64,000 nt of DNA from an uncultured Pseudomonadota bacterium (GCA_963836235.1 CAWIIP010000002.1:1536001-1600000), one strand, 5' to 3'. Positions 20,220 through 30,102 are shown, numbered from the stretch's first letter. Numbers and translations: made by a program. The notes: a model not told the origin generated them from the sequence alone.

Positions 20220-21249
20220 GAGTCTTTCCTGGGCGATCCCGCCCAATTTCGCCCCTCTATTAAATAATCCGCCCGAACCCGTGAATATAGAAGCGGAAGG
20301 GATGGGGGACGCGGTGGTTGCTGACGGCACTCTTTTCAATGGCGCCGCCTTCAACCCCGCCCTTCTTGCCAACGCGCCTTATTCAGGAGAATTTGGCTTG
20401 GCCTTTGACGCCTCCAGCGGTGTTACCGGAATTAGCAATTACCTATCGAGTGGGGCCAACGATCTTTCCCCCATGACCCTGAATTTCGGGGGAGGCTTTA
20501 ATCTGGCCCTCAAGTTCGATGACCACTGGGGCTTCCAGGTCTACAACAACAGCCACGCTCTTTTTCAAATCAAGCTCCCCGGAACCGTGGAAACCATCAC
20601 CGGGCCCGACTATCTCGATACGGTGGCACTGGCCACCTACAGTTTCAATCCCCTGGAGGAAGAAACACCCCTGACGGTCGGTGTCAATTTAAAGATTGTC
20701 GACCACCGTATCGGCACGATCAATAGTTCCGGCAACCCTGGTAATCTCGCCAACTTAAACACCGAGTTCCACCCCGCTAGCGTGCGTTGGGGACTGGATT
20801 GGGGACTGCTTTACGAACTCCCAGAAGCCCATGCCGCCCTGGGCCTTTCGATGCTGGACTTTTTTCATTCCGCGGGTACCCTCGACAGCACCGCGGGAGA
20901 CCCGCTTTACGGCGTCAATCTCGACCCGGCTCCCGTCCTGGTGAAGTTGGGTGCGTCCTGGCATCCGATCGATTTCTTCGTCCTGAACGCCGACCTGGAC
21001 GATCTCTTTTCCGACACCGCTTATTATTCCCCGAGCCAGGGTTTGGGGTCCCACGTGAAGTTGGGCGCGTCCCTCAATTTGTTAGGTATCTTTCGATTAC
21101 GGGGTGGTCTTTCCAATAACAATTTAAGCGCGGGAATCGGGATTCCGTTCCTAGGTTTGGACTGCGCCTACGCGGTTGATGACTTAAACGCGGTGGATAA
21201 CACTAGCCCGGTTTATAGTTACTTCATTGGGTTTAAAGTCGAAAAGTGA
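20161..21249 (+). CDS. TraF/PorV-like outer-membrane beta-barrel, short paralog
   Basis: GGAGGAG SD; signal peptide; AEGMG…AAFNPALLA, WGLDWG and LRGG motifs of the FadL/TraF/PorV clan. Confidence 0.65.
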   Translation: MSEIKMKPFGCFLLLLLALPSLSWAIPPNFAPLLNNPPEPVNIEAEGMGDAVVADGTLFNGAAFNPALLANAPYSGEFGLAFDASSGVTGISNYLSSGANDLSPMTLNFGGGFNLALKFDDHWGFQVYNNSHALFQIKLPGTVETITGPDYLDTVALATYSFNPLEEETPLTVGVNLKIVDHRIGTINSSGNPGNLANLNTEFHPASVRWGLDWGLLYELPEAHAALGLSMLDFFHSAGTLDSTAGDPLYGVNLDPAPVLVKLGASWHPIDFFVLNADLDDLFSDTAYYSPSQGLGSHVKLGASLNLLGIFRLRGGLSNNNLSAGIGIPFLGLDCAYAVDDLNAVDNTSPVYSYFIGFKVEK

Positions 21250-21355
21250 CCCTCTCCGTGGTTGTGGCAGGGCATGAAATAGTTTTCATGACTCAGTGAT
21301 GCTTTTGATGGAATTGGTTTAAAGGGTTGTTAAAAAAGTTAAGGAGTTGGTTTTT

Positions 21356-22201
21356 ATGAAAAAGACAATTAATTTTTGGGTGTTGTTGTTCATCTTGTCG
21401 GGAGTCTCCACTGTTAGGGCGCAAAGTTCATCCACGACGCCTTCGGTGAACAGCCCCTCCGCGTCCACGACACCCTCTTCGACTACCAAGCACCACAAAA
21501 AGAAGAAGAAAGCCTCGGCCCAAGCCACGGCCACCGTCCAGATGACCGTCTCACCCACGGTGAGCCCTGCCACGACACAAGCCGTTGCCGCCAAGCCTAC
21601 CGCGACTCCCACGGCCATGCCGACAGCCGTTCCTGAACCCACCACCATGGGAGCCATTAACAGTTCCAAGATTTACGACCATGTCAATATGCCGGGGGAC
21701 TTCCGTCGTACCTTGTCCTATGCCGTCAAGACCTTGAATAGGGCTTCCTTAAAGCACAGTCACACGGTTTTCCTGGATATGGAGAAGGTTTCCTCGAACA
21801 GGGATGACAAGGAAAGAAAGAAAGCCTACGCCCGGTTTGAAGTGAACGAACTGGAATTCGGCGGTCCCCGTAACCCCTGGATTCTACTGGCCGGAACGGT
21901 TTTCGAGCAAAGCGGAGACGATTGCAAAGTAGACGGCGCCATAGAGGTTGCGGTTGATTTCAAGGATATCAAGATCGACTACCAGGGGAGCAAACTGGGA
22001 GAGATCCAAAAAGGGAGCGATATCGCGGCCCAAGTATATGAAATCCTCGATAGCCATTCGTCTTACCAGATGGTATTGCAAGCCAATGACCAGGTGAAGG
22101 ATTCGAAGTACATGGACGATACGCCGGCCTATACGGCCAAGGCGAGGGATGGGTACGCGATAGTGGATTTCCTGAACAGCTCCCATGAAGCAACCCGATA
22201 A
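21356..22201 (+). CDS. Secreted hypothetical protein, copy 2
   Basis: Identical to copy 1 apart from a different signal-peptide N-terminus and a 10-aa insertion. Confidence 0.8.
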   Translation: MKKTINFWVLLFILSGVSTVRAQSSSTTPSVNSPSASTTPSSTTKHHKKKKKASAQATATVQMTVSPTVSPATTQAVAAKPTATPTAMPTAVPEPTTMGAINSSKIYDHVNMPGDFRRTLSYAVKTLNRASLKHSHTVFLDMEKVSSNRDDKERKKAYARFEVNELEFGGPRNPWILLAGTVFEQSGDDCKVDGAIEVAVDFKDIKIDYQGSKLGEIQKGSDIAAQVYEILDSHSSYQMVLQANDQVKDSKYMDDTPAYTAKARDGYAIVDFLNSSHEATR

Positions 22202-22283
22202 CCCATACCTTGGAGGAGCCATTTATGAGCGAGATTAAGATGAAACCTTTCGGATGCTTCCTTCTGCTTCTTCTGGCTCTCCC
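21464..22283 (+). repeat. ~820-bp direct repeat, copy 2
   Basis: Matches 19400-20219. Confidence 0.92.
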
Positions 22284-23766
22284 CAGCTTCTCTTGGGCCT
22301 TTGGTTTAGGCAATTTGGGGACCCAATTTAACATTCCCCCGGCCCAGTTCAACGTCACGGCGGAAGGGATGGGGGAAACGGGAGCCGCCGATGGGAGCCT
22401 TTACAATAGTACCGCGTTGAACCCAGCCCTTTTGGCTAATTGGCCGCATTTCGGGGAAATTACCTTTTTAGGGCTCAGCATCTCCAACGATATTTTCACG
22501 ATGACGAATTACGCGTCAAACTCCAACAACATTAATAACCTTCAAAACGCCTTCCAGAATCTGGCGCCTTCAATGCAAAACATCAATCAGGGCCTGCAAC
22601 AGCTTGGGACCGGTTCAGCCGCCGTGACTGCGGCCGCCGTGTCACAGATCAACCAAGGCCTTTCCGGGGTCCAAAACGCCGTTTCCAACCTTCAAACCGC
22701 GGCCGCTACCCTGACGAACAAGAACGTCCAATTAGGGGCGGCCTTTAACATCGCCATGAAATTCGACGACCATTGGGGTTTCCAGGTTTATAACAGCAGT
22801 CATGGAGTCCTTCAAGTCACCCAGGAAGGCGCCCTCACGGCCCTTGAGAATATGGCGGCCTTGCCTACCGTAAACGGGTCCAGTCCACAGTCGATCTATT
22901 CTGCCGCCAGCACATTTTTGAGTGGGGTGGTGACGGTTTTCCAACAACTGCTACCCTCCCAAGCCGTTTCGTTGCAAGCCGCAGTTACGACTTTGGAAGC
23001 CAATCAAACTTCGGGGGGCGTCAGCCAATTCGCGAACACCGTCTCAAGTATCGTGTCGAGCGTCAACCAAACCACTTTCCAACAGGCGCTTCTGAACAAC
23101 ATCGCCGAGGTGACCGGGCTGGTCTATGTCGACACGGTGGCTATGGCCACCTATAGTTTCAATCCCTTAGAGGAAGAAACACCCTTGACTGTCGGCGCTA
23201 ATTTCAAGATCGTCAACCGACGTATCGGTTATGTCAACACCACTTGGCTGAGCCAGCAAAACCTCAACGACTTTTCCACCATCACGAACCAAATGAAAAA
23301 CGACATCGACCAGAGCACTTTCCGGTGGGGGCTTGACCTGGGGATGCTTTATGAATTCGAGGAACTGGGGCTTGCGGTGGGCGCATCGGCCCAAGACCTT
23401 CTACATTCGTCGGCGACTATCAATACCCAGCCCGGCGACCCGCTTTACGGCATTATCACGGACCCTGCCCCCACCGTGATCACGCTCGGCGCTTCCTGGT
23501 GCCCTCTCAATAAGCTTGTTTTGAATATGGACATCGACGACCTGTTTTCCAACACTTCCATTTATGAAGGCCTGGATATCACCTCCCATGTCAAATTAGG
23601 TGCCGCCTATAGCCTATTAGGTTTCCTGCAGATGCGAGGAGGCCTTTCCAATAGCAACCTAAGTGTTGGATTTGGAGTTCCTTTCCTGGGAATGGATTAT
23701 GCCTACGCGGTGGACGATTTGACCCAAAGTTACAACCACTATCTCAGTTTTAAAGCGGACTTTTGA
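22225..23766 (+). CDS. TraF/PorV-like outer-membrane beta-barrel, long paralog with Gln/Asn/Ala-rich helical insertions
   Basis: AEGMG…NPALLA, KFDDHWGFQVYN and WGLDLG shared with the short paralog; terminal Phe (YLSFKADF). Confidence 0.7.
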   Translation: MSEIKMKPFGCFLLLLLALPSFSWAFGLGNLGTQFNIPPAQFNVTAEGMGETGAADGSLYNSTALNPALLANWPHFGEITFLGLSISNDIFTMTNYASNSNNINNLQNAFQNLAPSMQNINQGLQQLGTGSAAVTAAAVSQINQGLSGVQNAVSNLQTAAATLTNKNVQLGAAFNIAMKFDDHWGFQVYNSSHGVLQVTQEGALTALENMAALPTVNGSSPQSIYSAASTFLSGVVTVFQQLLPSQAVSLQAAVTTLEANQTSGGVSQFANTVSSIVSSVNQTTFQQALLNNIAEVTGLVYVDTVAMATYSFNPLEEETPLTVGANFKIVNRRIGYVNTTWLSQQNLNDFSTITNQMKNDIDQSTFRWGLDLGMLYEFEELGLAVGASAQDLLHSSATINTQPGDPLYGIITDPAPTVITLGASWCPLNKLVLNMDIDDLFSNTSIYEGLDITSHVKLGAAYSLLGFLQMRGGLSNSNLSVGFGVPFLGMDYAYAVDDLTQSYNHYLSFKADF

Positions 23767-23841
23767 CCAGTAAAAATCCATAAGATTTAAAAGCTTCGAC
23801 AGGTTTATAAACTTGGGACATTTCACTGTTTGGAAAGTTCC

Positions 23842-23870
23842 TTGAAAAGCCTCCTTTTTCTGAATAAACT
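23842..23870 (+). promoter_or_regulatory. Sigma70-type promoter for tRNA-Val
   Basis: TTGAAA-17 nt-TAAACT. Confidence 0.6.
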
Positions 23871-23999
23871 ACGTCCCCTCCAAGAATTTGGTTTATCCAT
23901 TAAACCCTTGGACGGTTTACCCATCAGAGCTTTACTCTGAGGGTCAAACACCAAGCCAGTTGTAAAATCAGGCCCTAGGCCTGATAGTTCGTTGACCTT

Positions 24000-24076
24000 G
24001 GACGTTTAGCTCAGTTGGTTAGAGCGTCGCGTTCACATCGCGAAGGTCACTGGTTCAAGTCCAGTAACGTCCACCA
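24000..24076 (+). tRNA. tRNA-Val(CAC)
   Basis: GGACGTT/AACGTCC acceptor stem, TCGCG-TTCACAT-CGCGA anticodon arm, GGTTCAAGTCC T-arm, encoded CCA. Confidence 0.97.
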
Positions 24077-24082
24077 TCCCGA

Positions 24083-24113
24083 CCCCACCTTTTATAAAAA
24101 GGTGGGGCTTTTT
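24083..24113 (+). terminator. Intrinsic terminator after the tRNA
   Basis: CCCCACCTTTT-ATA-AAAAGGTGGGG followed by CTTTTT. Confidence 0.8.
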
Positions 24114-24184
24114 ACTTAAAAAGCGCTTTCCTCAGTCGGGATCCTCACGGATTTTCAAGTTTAAGTTTCTGTTATAATGCCCGC

Positions 24185-24874
24185 ATGTGCTCGCGCTACG
24201 TCCTTAAAAGCCCACCGAAAGCCATCGCCGACCTCTTCAAGTTGGAAAAAACCGCCGATTGGAAACCGCGTTATAACATTGCTCCGTCCCAAAAGATCCC
24301 AACCGTGGTTAAAACCCTGGAGGATAAAAAACGGGAAATGAAGCTTTTGCAATGGGGGTTCCTGGCTTCCTGGAGCCAGGGTGGGCGCCTTTTGGTCAAC
24401 GTGCAAAGTGAGAACATCCGGGAGAAGACGATCTTGGAAGAATCTTTCGAGAAGTGGCGCTGCCTGATTCCCGTGGACGGTTTTTACGAATGGCGCCACC
24501 AAGCCAAGGAAACCCATCCCTACTTCATCCAAATGAAAGACAAAAAGCCTTTCGCCCTGGCCGGCCTTTGGTGCCCCCAAAAATTGGAAGAAAAGACGCT
24601 GGAGGTTTGCGCCATCTTGACCACCACGCCCAATGACGTGGTGAGAGTCGTGCATGACCGGATGCCCGTCATCATCAACCCCAAAAATTATGATCTGTGG
24701 CTGAATTCAGACGATGTGAGGGATTTCCGTGAGATCGAAAAACTATTCAGGCCCTATCCTTCCGAGGAAATGGAAGCCCACCAAGTGGGGGCCTGGGTGA
24801 ACAACGTTACCCATGATGACGAGAAGTGCATCGAGCCTTCCACCGAACCCGAGACGCTTTCTTTTGAATTTTAA
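24185..24874 (+). CDS. yedK: SRAP/YedK (HMCES-like) abasic-site crosslinking protein
   Basis: MCSRY N-terminal Cys, RYNIAP, RCLIPVDGFYEW, HDRMPVI. Confidence 0.93.
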   Translation: MCSRYVLKSPPKAIADLFKLEKTADWKPRYNIAPSQKIPTVVKTLEDKKREMKLLQWGFLASWSQGGRLLVNVQSENIREKTILEESFEKWRCLIPVDGFYEWRHQAKETHPYFIQMKDKKPFALAGLWCPQKLEEKTLEVCAILTTTPNDVVRVVHDRMPVIINPKNYDLWLNSDDVRDFREIEKLFRPYPSEEMEAHQVGAWVNNVTHDDEKCIEPSTEPETLSFEF

Positions 24875-25341
24875 CGGTTCTTCCCGCCGCGAAAAACCGC
24901 CGAACTATCAGGGGTTTCCCAAAGGGCTACTTCCACCAGACGGACCTTTTCCTTTTTCAGGGGCTGTTCCAACAATTTCCAAATAACAATCGACATGTTC
25001 TCGGCGGTTGGCTGCAGTTTGGGATCCGACTTAAAAGGTTCAACTTCCTTGTTAATGAACCGGTGATCGAAGCGGGAGAAAATTTCCCGGTGTAATATTT
25101 CTTTCAGTAACCGGAAATCAATGACGAAGCCCGTTTCATCCTTGATCGGCCCTTGAACCCGCACCGCTAACCGGTAGGAATGGCCGTGGGGATAATGAAC
25201 GGCCTTAGTGTCATCCTTACGGTAGCCCGCGCATTTGCGGAATACTTCCATATTTTTCGAGCGGTCCCATCGGGGGTTGTGCAGGTAATGGGCCGCCTCA
25301 AATGTCATTTCTTTGGTAATTTCAGCCATCGGTTTTTTCAT
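24871..25341 (-). CDS. queD: 6-carboxy-5,6,7,8-tetrahydropterin synthase (QueD/PTPS family)
   Basis: FEAAH, HGHSY, IDF, DH, PTAEN, ETP. Confidence 0.85.
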   Translation of the reverse strand: MKKPMAEITKEMTFEAAHYLHNPRWDRSKNMEVFRKCAGYRKDDTKAVHYPHGHSYRLAVRVQGPIKDETGFVIDFRLLKEILHREIFSRFDHRFINKEVEPFKSDPKLQPTAENMSIVIWKLLEQPLKKEKVRLVEVALWETPDSSAVFRGGKNR

Positions 25342-26981
25342 AGTTCTTCCTTAAATTTTTGGGCGATGGGCACCCGGCGGCCCATGCCGAAGGCCTTGGT
25401 GGTCACCTTAAGACCCGGGGCCATTTGACGCCGTTTATATTCGTTCTGGTTGATCTTGCCTAAAATTTCCCGGACCAGTTTGGGTTCGAAACCCGCTTTC
25501 TGTATTTTGGATGGCGGCTGGTTTTCCTCCACATATAAACGCAAAATAGCGTCCAGGGCCTCATAGGGCGGAAGGGAATCCTGGTCCGTCTGGTTGGGCC
25601 TTAATTCCGCCGAGGGGGCTTTCGTGAAGGTGGCTTCCGGGATGAACCGATTCTTCCGGTTGGCGTAGCGGGCCAACTCATAGACCATCCCTTTAGGAAC
25701 GTCGGAAATGACCGCCAACCCCCCGCACATGTCGCCATAGAGGGTGCAATAGCCCACGGCGATCTCGCTTTTATTGCCGGTAGACAGCACCAGCCGGTTA
25801 AATTTGTTGGAAAGGGCCATGAGCAGTAAACCCCGCAAGCGGGCCTGAAGATTTTCTTCCGTCGTGTCCTTGGGATTATCCTTGAAAATGGGTTGAAGTG
25901 TCTTAAGGGCTTCCTCGAAAAGCGGGGTGATGGGGATTTCCTTGAACTCGATACCCAAAGCATCGCTTAGTTGGCGGGAATCGCCAATGGAACCCGAGGA
26001 GGAAAAGGGAGAGGGCATGGTGACTCCCATGACGTTGTCTGGTCCCAAGGCTTCCGCCGCCAGGCAAGCCACCAAGGCCGAATCGATCCCCCCGGACAAA
26101 CCGATGAGTACCTTCTCAAAACCACATTTGCGGACGTAGTCTCGGGTGCCGGTGACCAGGGCCTGGTAAATCTTGGCGATCTCGGCTTCCGGGGAAGGGA
26201 TAGGCTTCACCGAGGGGTTTTCGGTGTCGTAAACAAAAAAATCCTCTTCGAAGCTTTTGCCCAATTGAAAAAGGTTGCCACCCGCGTCCATGACCATACT
26301 GCATCCATCAAATATTAGCTCGTCGTTGCCGCCCACCAGGTTGCAATAGAGGATGGGTGAATGGGTCTTGCGGGTGACGTCCTTTAAGAGGCTTTGACGG
26401 ACCGAGAGCTTGGCGTAATGAAAGGGGGATGCGGAGAGGTTTAGGACCAGGTCGGGTTTAGCCTTGGCCAATTCTTCCACCGGGTCCTTGGTATAAAGCC
26501 GATGGGTGAAGACCCCTTCCACATTCCAGATATCCTCGCAAATCGTAACAGCGATCTTGAGTCCTTTATATTGGAAAGGAGGCTCCGGTTTTGGCGCAGG
26601 CGTGAAATAGCGGGCCTCATCGAAAACATCGTAGTTGGGGAGTAAGACTTTGCGATAGACATGAAGGATGGCGCCGTCCGCGACGGCTACAGCGGCATTA
26701 AAGAGAGGGTTTCCCCCTTCTCGGTTTTCCAGAACGGTGCCTACAACCGCTAAGATGCCCTTGGATTCCTGGGCCACCCTTTCCAGGCTTTTACGGGAGC
26801 GTTCGAAAAAGGAGAAGCGGTCTAAAAGATCGCGAGGAGGGTAACCCGTAAGCGTTAATTCGGGGAAAAGAGCGATGTCGCAACCAGATTCTTTAGCCCG
26901 TTTCAAGTTTTCAAGCACCTTGGCGACATTCCCGTCGAAATCCCCAACGGTCGTATTGATCTGGCAAAGAGCGATTTTCAT
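25338..26981 (-). CDS. nadE: Glutamine-dependent NAD+ synthetase
   Basis: Nitrilase domain (FPEL, ICEDIW) plus GLSGGIDS, GNKSE, PSAEL. Confidence 0.96.
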   Translation of the reverse strand: MKIALCQINTTVGDFDGNVAKVLENLKRAKESGCDIALFPELTLTGYPPRDLLDRFSFFERSRKSLERVAQESKGILAVVGTVLENREGGNPLFNAAVAVADGAILHVYRKVLLPNYDVFDEARYFTPAPKPEPPFQYKGLKIAVTICEDIWNVEGVFTHRLYTKDPVEELAKAKPDLVLNLSASPFHYAKLSVRQSLLKDVTRKTHSPILYCNLVGGNDELIFDGCSMVMDAGGNLFQLGKSFEEDFFVYDTENPSVKPIPSPEAEIAKIYQALVTGTRDYVRKCGFEKVLIGLSGGIDSALVACLAAEALGPDNVMGVTMPSPFSSSGSIGDSRQLSDALGIEFKEIPITPLFEEALKTLQPIFKDNPKDTTEENLQARLRGLLLMALSNKFNRLVLSTGNKSEIAVGYCTLYGDMCGGLAVISDVPKGMVYELARYANRKNRFIPEATFTKAPSAELRPNQTDQDSLPPYEALDAILRLYVEENQPPSKIQKAGFEPKLVREILGKINQNEYKRRQMAPGLKVTTKAFGMGRRVPIAQKFKEEL

Positions 26982-27087
26982 GGAACCCCGGTAACCGGCT
27001 TGAAGTTATAGACTAGCCAGTTTGTGTTAAATTGAGGGGCTTAGTGTAAGGTGAACAGGTTGTTAAGTCAAAAAGAGGAGTGGCCGC

Positions 27088-27600
27088 TTGAACTACGGCA
27101 TTTTAGCCGATACCCGGGGTGTCTTGACGCCCGCACAAATCCACTCGCTCAAAAAAGCTTTTAAAGGGGTGGATTACATTTTGCACGCGGGGCCGGTGGG
27201 GGACTTGAGAGTGATCGAACAATTGACGAAAATCGCGCCGACCCGGGCTGTTTGTGGAAACGCAGAAAGTCCCATCGTTCGTTCCGAACTTTTTGCGTGG
27301 CAAGCCTGGAAAGCAGGACTTTTGAAAATAGGGTTGATTCATGGTTATGGTAAGCCCCATGGGTTAAAGGCTTGGCTTTTGAAGCAATTCGAAACCAGCC
27401 CGGTCCAGGTCATTGTTTATGGCCGCAACTTCGAACCCACCGCGCGGCAAATAGGGGGCACCTATTTCTTCAGTCCCGGTTCTTTTTCGGGCGGCCTGCC
27501 GGAGGGATTTCACGGCAAGAAGGGCTCCTGCCGGGTGGGTTTACTGTTTATTCGCGGTAAAAAAGTAGATGGACAGGCCGGAATCCTGGTCGACGCTTGA
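27088..27600 (+). CDS. YfcE/MJ0936-like metallophosphoesterase with degenerate metal ligands
   Basis: Motif layout ADTRG, HAGP, GNAE, IHG, YGRNF, SPGS. Confidence 0.7.
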   Translation: MNYGILADTRGVLTPAQIHSLKKAFKGVDYILHAGPVGDLRVIEQLTKIAPTRAVCGNAESPIVRSELFAWQAWKAGLLKIGLIHGYGKPHGLKAWLLKQFETSPVQVIVYGRNFEPTARQIGGTYFFSPGSFSGGLPEGFHGKKGSCRVGLLFIRGKKVDGQAGILVDA

Positions 27601-27679
27601 CGGCTCCCCCGAGAAAGCCCATATAATAGAGATATCAAAACCGCCATAGAGCGGCATTCGTTCTTAAAGAGAGGCTGAA

Positions 27680-28003
27680 ATGGTTCAATTAACCGATAAC
27701 GCAATTTCCAAAGTGAAGGACTTCGGAGTCAAGAACGAAGCTTATAAAGGAAAAAATTTTAGGGTTTACGTCCAAAGCGGAGGCTGCAATGGCTTTTCCT
27801 ATGGCTTCACCTTTGACCAGCAGCGCGATGGCGATGAAGTGAATAAAGCGGGGGATATTGATATTCTCTTAGATCCCCAAAGCGCCAAGTACTTAAACGG
27901 CGCCAGGATTGATTACGTGGAGGACTATAAGGGAACGGGATTCGTTATCGAGAATCCCAATACCACCGGTTCCTGCGGTTGCGGGCATTCGGTTAGCTTC
28001 TAA
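27680..28003 (+). CDS. erpA: A-type Fe-S cluster carrier (ErpA/IscA, HesB family)
   Basis: GGCNGFSY and NPN…SCGCG motifs. Confidence 0.88.
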   Translation: MVQLTDNAISKVKDFGVKNEAYKGKNFRVYVQSGGCNGFSYGFTFDQQRDGDEVNKAGDIDILLDPQSAKYLNGARIDYVEDYKGTGFVIENPNTTGSCGCGHSVSF

Positions 28004-28016
28004 GGACGATTCTTCC

Positions 28017-28050
28017 AAAAGGGACGGGGTGAAAGCCCCGTCCCTTTTTT
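28017..28050 (+). terminator. Intrinsic terminator, possibly bidirectional
   Basis: AAAA GGGACGGGGT GAAA GCCCCGTCCC TTTTTT. Confidence 0.85.
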
Positions 28051-28075
28051 ATTTCAAAAGTGAACAAAGGCTCCC

Positions 28076-28765
28076 ATGGCATCCTGGCGACTCATTTACT
28101 CAACTGTGGTCCCCACCCCGGGTCAAATGGCCTATGACGAAGAATTGTTCAAGAGGTTTCAACCCAACCAATCGCCAATTCTAAGGTTTTTCTTTTTTCA
28201 ACGACCTACGCTGACCTTGGGACGATTGGAAGCCAAAAGGCTCAACCTATCCCAACTGCCTTATCCCTATGAAATTCGGCCCACCGGTGGGCGCGCTGTT
28301 CTCCATGGCGCGGGCGACCTTTGCTATTCGGTTATTGCCTCCACCTACGACCCTTTGGTGGGTGGGGAACTTTTGGAAAGCTACCGAAAGATCAGCAATC
28401 TTTTGGCCTATACGCTTCGGGGACTTGACCGCGATGTCCGTCTTTCTGAGGAAAGGCATCCTGGATCGCAAACAGGGCATTGTTTTTCTTCGCCTTCTTT
28501 CGCTGAACTGACGTTTCATGGGAAAAAAGTAGCGGGTGGCGCCCAGGCCCGGGAAGGCAATAGCTTTCTCCAACAAGGGGTGATCCTTTTGTCTGTCGCA
28601 TCCGAATGGAAAAATCTTTTTTCGGAAAACACCGAAAGCCACATGGCGGGTTTAAATGATGATCCATCTCTCGTAACCTTAAGCCGCCAAGACCTGGAAA
28701 AGGCCATCGTGGCGGCGTTTGAGGAAGCCGGAATTACCTTTGAGAAGCCGATGGCCGCTGTGTAG
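28076..28765 (+). CDS. Lipoate-protein ligase / octanoyltransferase (LplA/LipM family)
   Basis: MAYDEEL, RPTGGRAVLH, CF…E, GKKVAGGAQ, LQQG. Confidence 0.85.
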   Translation: MASWRLIYSTVVPTPGQMAYDEELFKRFQPNQSPILRFFFFQRPTLTLGRLEAKRLNLSQLPYPYEIRPTGGRAVLHGAGDLCYSVIASTYDPLVGGELLESYRKISNLLAYTLRGLDRDVRLSEERHPGSQTGHCFSSPSFAELTFHGKKVAGGAQAREGNSFLQQGVILLSVASEWKNLFSENTESHMAGLNDDPSLVTLSRQDLEKAIVAAFEEAGITFEKPMAAV

Positions 28766-28806
28766 GATGGGTTATCTCCCTTGGAATTATTGCAAAAAGG
28801 AATGAG

Positions 28807-30102
28807 ATGAAAAAATTTGATGCGCTTATCATCGGTGGCGGGCCGGGGGGCTATACGGCGGCCCTGCTTTTAGCCCAACAAGGAAAAACTATCGCCTTGT
28901 TCGAGAAACGGAAAATCGGTGGTTCCTGCCTGCATGTGGGCTGCATTCCCACAAAATTACTTCAATCGGCCGCAGCCCGCTATCATTCCTTGGCTAAAGA
29001 AGGAAAAAGCTGGGGTATCGAAGCGGATAACGTTCGGTTTAATTTTCAAACCCTTGTGGAACGCACCCAAAAAACAGTCTCCCTCCTGGAACGAGGCATT
29101 CAATCCCAACTTTCCGCCGCCAAGGTGGAAGTGGTCCAGGGTGAGGCGGAAGTAAAGGGACCGAATTTGGTGAAGTGCAATGGGGAAGAATACGAAGGGA
29201 TCAATTTGGTTTTAGCCTTAGGTTCCCGGCCCCGCCACTTGCCAGCTTTTCCAGTGGGCGGCCCGATAGTTACCAGCGATGAGCTCTTGAGCCAACCTAA
29301 ACTTCCACAATCACTCTTGATTGTTGGGGCGGGAGTCATTGGATTGGAATTCGCCTGTCTCTATGCCCAGCTAGGCGTAAAGGTTCGCATGGGGGATGTA
29401 TTACCGAAGCTCCTACCCAACATGGATGAAGAGCTGGGACAAGTCCTGTTGAATTCGGTTCGCAAGTTGGGAGTGGAAATAGAGTTAGGATTATTGGAAG
29501 TCAAACCCAAGGACGAAGAACTCATTTTGGTGTCGGCGGGCAGGTTGCCCAACTCGGATAGGGCCGGCCTTGGCAGTTTGGGATTAAAGGCACCGGGCGG
29601 CAAAATCGAAACCAATGGGTTCATGGAAACCTCGATTCCTGGCGTTTTCGCGCTGGGTGACTTGACAGGCAAATATCCCTATGCCCATACGGCTTACGAG
29701 CACGCCCGTATCGCGGCGGGCCGGTTAAAGGCTGGAACCGAGGAAATGGACGATTTGAAAGTTCCCCACGTGGTTTTCACCGCACCGGAAATCGCGGCGG
29801 TGGGTTATACCGAAAGCGAAGCCAAGATGAATTTTAAAAACGTGAAAGTTCTCAAACGCCATTTCGCCGCGAACAGCAAGGCCCGCATCCTAGGGGAAAT
29901 CGGCGGTTGGTCCAAAATGGTTTATGACGGGGATACCGGCAGGATTTTAGGCCTGCATATGACCGGACCTGAAGCGACGGACCTAATTGGTGAAGCCTGT
30001 CTGTTGGTGTCGCAGAAAATGACCATAGACCAACTCGGTAGGGTGGTTCATCCCCATCCAACCTTAAACGAGATATTTGGGGGCCCATTAAAGCCTTTTT
30101 AG
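28807..30102 (+). CDS. lpdA: Dihydrolipoyl dehydrogenase
   Basis: GGGPGGY, GSCLHVGCIP, GAGVIGLE, HPHPTLNE. Confidence 0.92.
   Translation: MKKFDALIIGGGPGGYTAALLLAQQGKTIALFEKRKIGGSCLHVGCIPTKLLQSAAARYHSLAKEGKSWGIEADNVRFNFQTLVERTQKTVSLLERGIQSQLSAAKVEVVQGEAEVKGPNLVKCNGEEYEGINLVLALGSRPRHLPAFPVGGPIVTSDELLSQPKLPQSLLIVGAGVIGLEFACLYAQLGVKVRMGDVLPKLLPNMDEELGQVLLNSVRKLGVEIELGLLEVKPKDEELILVSAGRLPNSDRAGLGSLGLKAPGGKIETNGFMETSIPGVFALGDLTGKYPYAHTAYEHARIAAGRLKAGTEEMDDLKVPHVVFTAPEIAAVGYTESEAKMNFKNVKVLKRHFAANSKARILGEIGGWSKMVYDGDTGRILGLHMTGPEATDLIGEACLLVSQKMTIDQLGRVVHPHPTLNEIFGGPLKPF

Noticed and set aside
1113-23766. Complete diversity-generating retroelement (Avd-like gene plus a long repeat)
   Set aside because: No reverse transcriptase in the window, and the 820-bp repeat shows no adenine-specific mismatches
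20161-23766. Conjugative element implied by TraF-like genes near a tRNA
   Set aside because: No relaxase, VirB4, integrase or att duplication of the tRNA end was seen
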